DNA from: Candidatus Omnitrophota bacterium
GTDB lineage: Bacteria; Omnitrophota; Gorgyraeia; Gygaellales; Profunditerraquicolaceae
Length of the DNA stretch: 55,795 nt
Direction: 5' to 3'
Assembly (NCBI GenBank): GCA_037134795.1
Contig: JBAXLM010000003.1
Location: forward strand, 1-55,795
The translations under genes were made by a program, and so were the position numbers. This document shows positions 10,542 to 19,100 of the stretch, piece after piece (position 1 is the first letter of the stretch; each line of letters starts with the position of its first letter). The notes beneath the pieces are model-generated. The model had not been told where the DNA came from. It did not search any database and saw only the letters and a program-made list of their open reading frames with translations.

Positions 10542-12098
10542 TTATTTGGCGTACTCGATAGCGCGCATCTCGCGAATAACTGTTACTTTGATCTGGCCTG
10601 GATACTCCATCCCCTCTTCAATCTTCTTGCGTATATCCCTAGCCATTGCCGTTGCTTCATTATCATTTATTTTTTCTGGCTGAACAATTACGCGAATTTC
10701 ACGGCCAGCCTGAATAGCAAAAGATTTCTCAACCCCTTTAAATAAATTGGCAATGGACTCTAACTTATCCAAACGTTTAATATACGTCTCTAATGTCTCT
10801 CTTCTAGCCCCGGGACGCGCCGCGCTAATAGCATCAGCTGCGACAGCTAAAACTGCATATAGGCTCTGCGGCTGAGCTTCTTCATGATGCGATTCAATTG
10901 ACCCAACCACTTCAATAGATTCATTATATTTTCTCGCCAGGTCCGCTCCCAACTTAGCGTGCGTTCCTTCAACTTGATGGTCTACTGCCTTACCAATATC
11001 ATGCAACAATCCAATCCTGCGGCCTAACTTAAAATCCAACCCCAGCTCAGAAGCCATTACTCCCAGTAAAAACGAAACCTCTTTGGAGTGTTGCAAAGCA
11101 TTCTGCCCATAACTAGTACGGTACTTAAGCCGGCCAAGAAGTTTAATTATCTCCGGATGTAAACCATTAACCTGGGTATCAAAAGCCGCGCGCTCACCTT
11201 CTTCGCGAATCTTCTCATCCATTTCTTTTTTAGTCTTTTCAACTATCTCTTCAATACGCCCAGGATGAATTCTGCCGTCGCTGATAAGCTTCTCAAGGCT
11301 AAGACGGGCGATCTCACGGCGCACGGCATCAAAACCTGATAAGGTAACTGCCTCTGGAGTATCATCAATAATTACATCAACTCCAGTTGCCATCTCTAAA
11401 GCACGGATATTTCTTCCTTCACGGCCGATAACTCTGCCCTTCATTTCATCATTAGGTAAATTTACTACGCTTACAGTTGACTCTACAGTATGCTCTGCTG
11501 CACAGCGTTGAATTGCGAGGCTTATAATCTCACGGGCTTTTTTATCAGCGATACTACGCACTTCTTCTTCCTGACGCTTAATAAATATAGCCTTTTCATT
11601 ACTTAATTCTTCATTAAGGCGGCTAAGCAAAATTTGCTTTGCTTCTTCAGTAGAAAGAGAAGAAATCTTTTGCAACCTTTCTTTTTCTTCAGCTATCAAA
11701 GCATGCAGTTGATTATCTTTTGTTTTTAATCCTTCTTCTTGCTGCTTTAGCCCGTCTTTACGTAGATCAATCTCTTTTTCCTTTTTTTCCGAGAGATCCA
11801 GCCTACGGTCAATATTTTCCTCTTTCTGAGTTAACCTACGCTCAAGATTTACAATCTCTTGCCTACGATCCTTAGTCTCCCGCTCAAAATCTTGACGCAT
11901 ACGGTGCAGGAGATCTTTGGCTTCTAGCTCTGCTTCCCGGCGCTTATCAAGCACATCTTTTTTAGCAACTTCTAAGATATGCTCAGCTTCAGCTTCAGCG
12001 CTTTTTAACTTTTTTTCAGCAATATGTTTCCTTAAGAAATAACCTACATATGTAGCGGCAGCTGCAATAATAATGAGAATAACTATGTTAAGAATCAT
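10542..12098 (-). CDS. rny: Ribonuclease Y
   Basis: N-terminal TM, coiled coil, KH ([12 protein letters not shown]), HD (LLHDIGK). Confidence 0.97.
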   Translation of the reverse strand: MILNIVILIIIAAAATYVGYFLRKHIAEKKLKSAEAEAEHILEVAKKDVLDKRREAELEAKDLLHRMRQDFERETKDRRQEIVNLERRLTQKEENIDRRLDLSEKKEKEIDLRKDGLKQQEEGLKTKDNQLHALIAEEKERLQKISSLSTEEAKQILLSRLNEELSNEKAIFIKRQEEEVRSIADKKAREIISLAIQRCAAEHTVESTVSVVNLPNDEMKGRVIGREGRNIRALEMATGVDVIIDDTPEAVTLSGFDAVRREIARLSLEKLISDGRIHPGRIEEIVEKTKKEMDEKIREEGERAAFDTQVNGLHPEIIKLLGRLKYRTSYGQNALQHSKEVSFLLGVMASELGLDFKLGRRIGLLHDIGKAVDHQVEGTHAKLGADLARKYNESIEVVGSIESHHEEAQPQSLYAVLAVAADAISAARPGARRETLETYIKRLDKLESIANLFKGVEKSFAIQAGREIRVIVQPEKINDNEATAMARDIRKKIEEGMEYPGQIKVTVIREMRAIEYAK

Positions 12099-12146
12099 TT
12101 CTTTTCCTCCCTTTTAACCAAAAATATTAAGTTTGTTTGTAGGAGT

Positions 12147-12797
12147 TTAAGAGAAGATAATTTCCTTGACGCTTACATCGTGTGTGGTGGTGGGGACTAG
12201 GGGTAAGATTTGGAAATCAAAAGCCAGGCCGATAGAATATGTTTTATTAGAAAGCGTGCTTAAAAAACGGTCGTAATAACCCTTGCCTCGGCCTAAACGG
12301 TTGCCTTTTTTATCAAATGCTAAACCTGGGACAATAACAAGATTCAAATCCTTCGGTTTAATCAAATTTTCAGTTGCAGGCTCCCAAACCCCGTAAGGGC
12401 CAAGCTTTAATTTCGCATGATTTTCTAATATGGCTGGCTGCATAATTTCTTTATCTTTTCTACACATTGGCACACAAATAACCTTGCCTATTTTTTGGGC
12501 TTCCCTAATCATCTCTGTTGTATTTACTTCACCACCAAAAGCGATGTAAAACATCACTATCTTCGCCTTCCTAAAAGCCTTATTCTTTAAAAGTTTATTC
12601 AAAATAAACTTGCTTTTTCGGTTTCGCTCTTCATCCTCCTGTATTTTTAATCTCAAAAGAATTTTACTACGTATTTGAGCTTTTGTCAATGGTTCGACTG
12701 CGCTCACCATTGAACCTGAGCGAAGCCGAAGAGTCAACTCCGTTACAAATTTTGAATTAGCAGGTTTCACCTTCATGGGCATGCCCTTTATCTTCAA
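12147..12797 (-). CDS. ygfA: 5-formyltetrahydrofolate cyclo-ligase (start uncertain; ATG at 12776 plausible)
   Basis: VPGLAFD..GNRLGRGKGYYDRFL motif. Confidence 0.92.
   Translation of the reverse strand: MKIKGMPMKVKPANSKFVTELTLRLRSGSMVSAVEPLTKAQIRSKILLRLKIQEDEERNRKSKFILNKLLKNKAFRKAKIVMFYIAFGGEVNTTEMIREAQKIGKVICVPMCRKDKEIMQPAILENHAKLKLGPYGVWEPATENLIKPKDLNLVIVPGLAFDKKGNRLGRGKGYYDRFLSTLSNKTYSIGLAFDFQILPLVPTTTHDVSVKEIIFS
12685..12737. repeat. TTCGACTGCGCTCA-type inverted pair (family S) flanked by GTCAA direct repeats
   Basis: TTCGACTGCGCTCA (12693-12706) pairs with TGAGCGAAGCCGAA (12717-12730); GTCAA at 12685 and 12733, 48 bp apart. Confidence 0.75.
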
Positions 12798-13191
12798 ACG
12801 GAACAGGTAAACCCTGTTTTTTATAATAATCTTTTAAAGCTGAGCGTAAAGCTTCCTCCGCCAAAACCGAACAGTGCATTTTCTTAGGAGGCAAGCCGCC
12901 TAAAGCCTCTGCAACTGCATTGTTAGTGATCGTTAAGGCTTCAGTAATACTTTTGCCCTTGACCATCTCAGTTACCATGGAGCTAGTGGCTACTGCTGCC
13001 CCGCAGCCAAAAGTCTTAAATTTTATATCGACAATAATTTCGTTTTTAATGCGCAAATACATTTTCATTACATCGCCACAAACAGGATTCCCCACAGTAC
13101 CAACCCCGCTAGGATTGGTAATCTCGCCAACATTACGCGGATTGGTAAAATGATCCATGACTTTTTCGCTATAAGGAAGTTGTTCTGCCAT
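12757..13191 (-). CDS. iscU: Fe-S cluster scaffold IscU/NifU
   Basis: YSEKVMDHF.NPRNVG, CGD, FGCG, LPPKKMHCS. Confidence 0.95.
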   Translation of the reverse strand: MAEQLPYSEKVMDHFTNPRNVGEITNPSGVGTVGNPVCGDVMKMYLRIKNEIIVDIKFKTFGCGAAVATSSMVTEMVKGKSITEALTITNNAVAEALGGLPPKKMHCSVLAEEALRSALKDYYKKQGLPVPFEDKGHAHEGETC

Positions 13192-13192
13192 A

Positions 13193-13843
13193 TTATTTCA
13201 TTATCAATTTATGCGGCTTACTAGATTTTTTATGATCCCGGGGTAAACGGATTTCTTTTAAAGATTCTAGTTTTTTATTTTTTTCTAATTCTTTATAGAT
13301 TAAAACCCAAGTGCAATCTTTTTCATTATCAACTTCGCATTTTCCTTTATTCATTCCTCCGCAAGGGCCATTTAAAAGTCCTTTGGGGCAAAGGGTTATT
13401 GGGCAAATTCCAGCAGTAATATCTAAAACACATTCTCCGCACATAGAACATTTTTCATAAAAATTCCCCTGCGCGTCCATCACCGCGCCAAAAATAGTAT
13501 TATTCGCGGGTATAGTTGCCTGAGTGAGGCGGTTGTTATCTTTTACTGATTGTACCCCCAACCCACAGGCCAAAACTAAAATTGCCTCTGATTGGCGCAA
13601 AGCTAACATATTCTTGGCTAACTCCGTCTTGATCTGTGCAGCAATACAAGGAGCACTTGGTATACAAAACCCAGTAACAATTTTGCCTTGAGCCTCAAGC
13701 TCAGCCTGCATTTTTAATAACTCCGGCTGGCCACCGCTCTTACAAGTAGTGGCGCACTCACCGCATCCCACCAAAAATATTTTATTATATTCTTTTAGGC
13801 TAGCAAATAACTCATCTAATGGCTTTTGTTGGCTAATAATCAT
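13193..13843 (-). CDS. MetV-like Cys-rich methylene-THF reductase accessory subunit
   Basis: GCGECATTC..GG, CSMCGEC, CPITLCPKGLLNGPCGG...GKCEV...CTW. Confidence 0.85.
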   Translation of the reverse strand: MIISQQKPLDELFASLKEYNKIFLVGCGECATTCKSGGQPELLKMQAELEAQGKIVTGFCIPSAPCIAAQIKTELAKNMLALRQSEAILVLACGLGVQSVKDNNRLTQATIPANNTIFGAVMDAQGNFYEKCSMCGECVLDITAGICPITLCPKGLLNGPCGGMNKGKCEVDNEKDCTWVLIYKELEKNKKLESLKEIRLPRDHKKSSKPHKLIMK

Positions 13844-13905
13844 AATAAAATTTTAACACAATTTCGTGCCTATCTCAAGTGAAAATAGGAAACTTCTCCG
13901 CGCAA

Positions 13906-15966
13906 CTATTCCCTAAAATGCTCCTCCATACTCTCGAAAAATTCTTTATTCCTCTGCCTTTTCTCGCCAATAATATCTTCTAGCTCTACGTCATCCCATT
14001 CATTCGCATCTCCGGCGCCTTGCACATCTACAAACTTATTAAGCAGGCCACCCTGCTCCAAGAAACGGGAAACCTGGGTGAACACTGAGCCGCCGCCATC
14101 CATAAAACTCCTAGGAGACCTGTCAATGTGCGGTTTTAATAAAAATAAATTTATTTTGGCCCGCGTAGCCGCAACATAAAACAACCGGCGCTCCTCTTCG
14201 ATCTCGTCATCTGTTTCTAAAGACAGGTAGGAAGGAAGGTGCCCCTCAGCAACATAGATTAAAAATACCGTATGCCATTCCAGGCCTTTTGCTGAATGTA
14301 TGGTCGACAGAGTAAGCGCCGCATCAGGCTTGTCTCTTTTGCCTGCCTCAACCAGGCTTCTCTCCGGAGGCTCCAAAGCCATATCCACTAAAAATTGTTC
14401 CGTTGTTTTATAACGGTCAGCAATTCTTAATAACGAATCAAGGTCATTTAAGCGCTTATTAAAATCATCGTATTTAATTTTTAACAACGGCTGATAATAA
14501 CTAAGAAATTTTTCGATTGTCTTAGCCGGCGCATCGCGCTGGCAATCCACGCTTTTTAACAGCTCAAGCAATTTAACTAATTCCTCATTTTTAAGCAATA
14601 GCTCATTATCTTTAGTATCGCCTATAACTGCCTCAATAATTTTGGTTCGCTTGGGAACTATTTCCATGATCTTCTGCGCGGTTTTAGGGCCTATTTTAGG
14701 AATCAGTAAAAGAGCGCGCAACCAGCTAACTTGATCTTGCCCGTTATAGGCAATACGTAAATAGCTTAAAATGTCTTTTATGTGCGCAGCTTCCGCAAAC
14801 TTCTGGCCGCCATATTTTGCAAAAGGGATATTGCGGCTGGCCAGTTCGATCTCTAAATCATTAGAATGCCAGCCTGAGCGGAAAAGAACAGCTATATTTT
14901 TTAAGGCTACACCCTCTTCTCTTAATTCCAGGATTTTATCCGCGACAAAAGTTGATTGGGAGTTTTCATCCGGACAATCAATAAAAATCGGAACATTACC
15001 TTCCTTTTTTTTGGTAAAAAGATGTTTCTCGAATTTTTCTTTTGCTTGAGCGATAACTGCGTTAGTCAAATTTAAAATCGGTTGCGTCGAACGGTAGTTC
15101 TCTTCGAGAGTAATAATTTTAGTGCCTTTAAAAATTTTGGGGAAATCCATTATATTTTTGAAATTAGCCCCTCGGAATGAGTATATGCTTTGAGCATCAT
15201 CACCCACCACCATGATATTAGCGTGGTCTGCTGCCAGAAGGCAGGCAATATGCGCCTGAAGCTTGTTGGTATCCTGATACTCATCCACCATAATATATTT
15301 ATATTTAGCAGCTAAAGCTAAGCGCACATCTTCATACTTGCTTAGTAAATTCTTTAAAAAAACCAGCAAGTCATCATAATCTAGAAGTGATTTTTGCAGC
15401 TTGTATTTCCGATATTCATCGCGTATTTTCTTAATAGAATCGGTAAACTCAATAAACTGCGGGTATTCATCATAAAGCACATCCTTAATATCTTCAGATT
15501 TATTCACGCTTTTAGAAATTACTTCTAAAATAGCGTGTTTACGTGGAAAACGTTTTTCGGATTTATGAAACCCGAGCTGTGTACGCACTAAATTTACAGC
15601 ATCCTCGGCATCTGAGCGGTCAAGAATAGTAAAATTATTGCTAATCTCCAAAAGCTTAGCGTATTTTCTTAAAATCATATTGGCAAAAGAATGAAAGGTT
15701 CCCCCGGAGATCTTTTTACAACGCTCATCCAAAAGCAAGCTTGCCCGACGGAGCATCTCTTCGGCTGCGCGGCGGGTAAAGGTAAGGAGCAAGATCTCCT
15801 CCGGTTTAACCCCTTTTTCAACCAAATGCGCTACCCGGTGCACTAATACACGCGTCTTTCCGCTGCCTGCTCCGGCAATCACAAGGAACGGGCCATCAAT
15901 TGATTCAACAGCTTCAAGCTGCGCAGGATTTAGTTCGTTTTTATAGCTAAAGATTTTTTTATTCAT
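13906..15966 (-). CDS. UvrD/PcrA-family SF1 DNA helicase (start likely MNKK at 15966)
   Basis: AGAGSGKT, VDEYQDTN, VGDDAQSIYSFRGA, STIHSAKGLEW, EERRLFYVAATRA. Confidence 0.93.
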   Translation of the reverse strand: MNKKIFSYKNELNPAQLEAVESIDGPFLVIAGAGSGKTRVLVHRVAHLVEKGVKPEEILLLTFTRRAAEEMLRRASLLLDERCKKISGGTFHSFANMILRKYAKLLEISNNFTILDRSDAEDAVNLVRTQLGFHKSEKRFPRKHAILEVISKSVNKSEDIKDVLYDEYPQFIEFTDSIKKIRDEYRKYKLQKSLLDYDDLLVFLKNLLSKYEDVRLALAAKYKYIMVDEYQDTNKLQAHIACLLAADHANIMVVGDDAQSIYSFRGANFKNIMDFPKIFKGTKIITLEENYRSTQPILNLTNAVIAQAKEKFEKHLFTKKKEGNVPIFIDCPDENSQSTFVADKILELREEGVALKNIAVLFRSGWHSNDLEIELASRNIPFAKYGGQKFAEAAHIKDILSYLRIAYNGQDQVSWLRALLLIPKIGPKTAQKIMEIVPKRTKIIEAVIGDTKDNELLLKNEELVKLLELLKSVDCQRDAPAKTIEKFLSYYQPLLKIKYDDFNKRLNDLDSLLRIADRYKTTEQFLVDMALEPPERSLVEAGKRDKPDAALTLSTIHSAKGLEWHTVFLIYVAEGHLPSYLSLETDDEIEEERRLFYVAATRAKINLFLLKPHIDRSPRSFMDGGGSVFTQVSRFLEQGGLLNKFVDVQGAGDANEWDDVELEDIIGEKRQRNKEFFESMEEHFRE

Positions 15967-16044
15967 CGGGATAATTTTTATGTATATCATTCTATCCCCT
16001 GATGAGTTTATTGCAAGATAAATATTGGCATAACAAGAGGAAAG

Positions 16045-16110
16045 AAAAAGGGGCGCTCGTTTAGGGACCTTTTAAAGCCGATGAGCTCTTAAAAGGCAGG
16101 ACGCCCCTTT
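16045..16110 (-). terminator. Long composite hairpin / terminator downstream of the 1497-aa gene
   Basis: Outer stem AAAGGGGCG/CGCCCCTTT, inner stem CCTTTTAA/TTAAAAGG, T-tract on the minus strand. Confidence 0.55.
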
Positions 16111-16165
16111 GAAAAGTCAAAAATTAAAAGTACCTGCCTGCCGACAGGCAGGAAAAGTTAAAACT
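16111..16165. repeat. Family H half-arm with nested CCTGCCTGCCGACAGGCAGG palindrome (family P, 16133-16152)
   Basis: Same compound arrangement as at 49441-49500. Confidence 0.8.
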
Positions 16166-16174
16166 AAAGGAACT

Positions 16175-19100
16175 TTATTGCTCTAATAACTTCGGTTCTT
16201 TTTCCTGCACCGTAATTTGCGCTAATGCTAATTGTATTTGGGCAACCGGTTTATCTGATTCCAATAGCATTAACATTGCTTTTAAAGACGCATCTGTATC
16301 AGCCACCCTTTCTTCCTCAAACCTAAATATATCGGCAATACAGGACAGTACTTTATCAATATCTTGATTAAAATCTTGTTGCTGAGAACAGGATTGCAGG
16401 TATTCCTTAATTCTTTCACTTGACGGCGTAATGCCTGAAGCGAGCATATTCTCTATCCGCAGCCATTCGCTATTTAATTCAGCTAAGGGAATCGGAGGAA
16501 TAATGCTCACATTAACCTTTTGATTAATCAATACCGGTTGACTGGCTATAGGTAACGCGCGAAAATCAATCCCGCCTGTTTTCTGTTCTTCGTTATAAAC
16601 AGGTGAAGCACTGTTGGCTTGCATTTCGCCGCTCTTCTCCTCAAAATAAAGCGTATACTTTGCGTTTATCATTACAGTATATGTTTCGCCTTCAATAGGC
16701 TTATCCACTATCTCAAACCCTTCGTTACCTAAAGTATTCTTGAAAGCATCTCTTTTAGTTTCATCCTCTATATATAAAGAGATTTTACCTTCAATTTGCC
16801 CGCTTTTTGAAAGAATAGCTTTAGTCATTAAGCTTTGCTCAGTTGGCAGAGGATAAGGATTTAGTATAAATCCTTTCCCCAATAAATAATTTACTATTAG
16901 GAGATTCTGCACATATATGGTAACAAAAGTAAACTGCCTACTCGTAAAAGATTGATCCTGCAATTTATCCAAGATGGCATCTAAAATTACCTTGGCATAA
17001 TTTTCACTGCGGAAATCCGGATTTATATATATGTAATTCAAGAGGCTCTCTCTAAGCAGGATATCAACAAAACCAATCTGTTCGCCATCCTTATTATAAA
17101 ATGCTACTGAAACTATATTTTCTTCCTGCCCTTTGCGCATAGATAGCTTATCACCATTATTTATAGAAATAACCCCTATATCTTCTTTTGGCTCCACTCT
17201 CGGCTGCTTAATCGCCGAAGAGGATCTTTCGTTTGTTTCTTCAGGCGAAAACCCAAGTAAATACGGCTGGACACCTTTTGCTTTAAATGTAGCCACTACA
17301 ATCCCTTGCTCTTTCTTTCGTATATCATTAGCCATAATCTCGTCAAACGGATCCCAGTGATATTCCCCATTACCATCATAATATCCGCCTTCTGTAAAGA
17401 CCCAACCCGCTGACTCAAATAATCTGACTATCCCAGTTGAAAAAAGTGACTTGCCTTCTACAAGCTCTTTAAGTGACTCCTCGCTGGCAATCTCTGTTGT
17501 AATAGTTTTACCATCGGGGAATACCTTTCTTACTTCTTCCAAAATTAATTTTGCAAATCCTTGGTTAAGATAGGATTCATTAGTTATCTTAATATATCTG
17601 GCATTAGAAAAACCCATAGATTTCGTACTTAATTCGAAAAACCCAACCTCTTCTAAGCGTTCATCTTTAAGCACAACAACTCTATCCCAATTATCATTAT
17701 CCCTGCGCTGAACCTTAAATCTATAAATTTTCCCATCTTTCTTTATCTCTAAGCCTTCTATCCTCTTTAAAGCCTTGATCATTTGGGTATCTACTACCGA
17801 TGAGCTGGCCGTTTTATTAGTTATCGCAACGGCAAGCGGTATCTCATAGAAACCTAATCTCCCAATATCCTCGCTAGAAGCTATTTTTTCTTTTATAAGA
17901 TAATCTTTACCAAATTCATTTAATTGTTCCGGGCTCATTTGCTCCGACAGTTCGCGCATCTTATCACTACGAACTTTCTCTATGCGTTTTTGTTCTTCCA
18001 CAGAACCTATCTTAAGTGACAAATCATAATTTTCCTGTTCAATATCAGCTATTTTCCCAATAATATTACGCAATTCAATGTTAGATAAACTCTTTAAGCT
18101 GGGGATTTTTGGTTCAAAGAAATACATCGGTATATTCCTGTTGCCGACTATATTTTTAACTTCTTCTTTATCCTTTATATTTGCTATTATTCCAATTGCG
18201 GATTCATTCTTCATGCGTTCTATATCTACAGCTATTCTTTTTCCCGAATCCCATTTACTTAAAGCGAGCAGCTTGGAAGCATCAAAAAGCAAAATTATAC
18301 TTCCTGAAGAATTAACATCGCCAAAAGATAAATAAGCTTCATTTTGGGTAAAAGGCTCTCCTTTTTGATTAATCCCAAGAAAAACAGCATTGGCCTCTTG
18401 ACCAACCCCTAATCCATTTTCCAGGATGCTTCTTAGTTTAGCTAGATCTGTACCATGCAAACCCAGGCCTTCTTCATTGGGGTCGCGTAAGCCGTCTTTA
18501 AAATCAACAATCTCAACTAAACGCATGGGATATTGAGGATTCTCTAATAATTCTTTATTTACTCTATCTATAAAACGACCCGCCGGAGAAGAAGATTGAT
18601 TATTTATCGGTGAAGAAGCTTGATTATTGGTATCCAATGTTGCCACGGAGAATGCCCCTGAAGTGGAAGCCAGAAGAAACCCTTCTTGTAGTTCAAAAAT
18701 ATCTATCTCGTCATTTAGATTGGTATCGCCCACTAATACTTTGCCAGTGCCAATAGGAAATACATATTGCTTTCCTTCTGCTTTTAATTCAAAAGGCACT
18801 GAAAGAACCCCTGTTTTTTTGTTAAACATAACCTGCCTGTTAATATCATAATCTATGCCTTTAGAATTGCCTAATTTCCCTTTAATTATTTTGAATGCGT
18901 CCAAGAGCATCTGTTCAATAATCAGGCAATTTTTAGGCATACTCCCCATTTTTTCCATTATTTCAAGCGTAGCCTTACGCACCATCTCCTCGCGCTCTAA
19001 AACTGTTTTTCCTTTATTTTCTATGCGGATTTTCTCCTGCAAAATTCTAATCGCCAGCCACTTCTCTAAAACTCCTTCTTTTAGCCATTGGAATAAATCC

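Noticed and set aside
10011-10745. 244-aa plus-strand ORF and the other antisense ORFs in the track (e.g. 29642-30232, 52185-52658, 43609-44046)
   Set aside because: They lie fully opposite well-conserved genes and have no recognisable motifs; shadow ORFs.
15995-16050. CTGATGAG followed by a short stem, resembling a hammerhead ribozyme core
   Set aside because: No GAAA directly after stem II and no stem I/III; the segment is better explained as the spacer of the helicase promoter (TTGCAA...TAGAAT on the minus strand).
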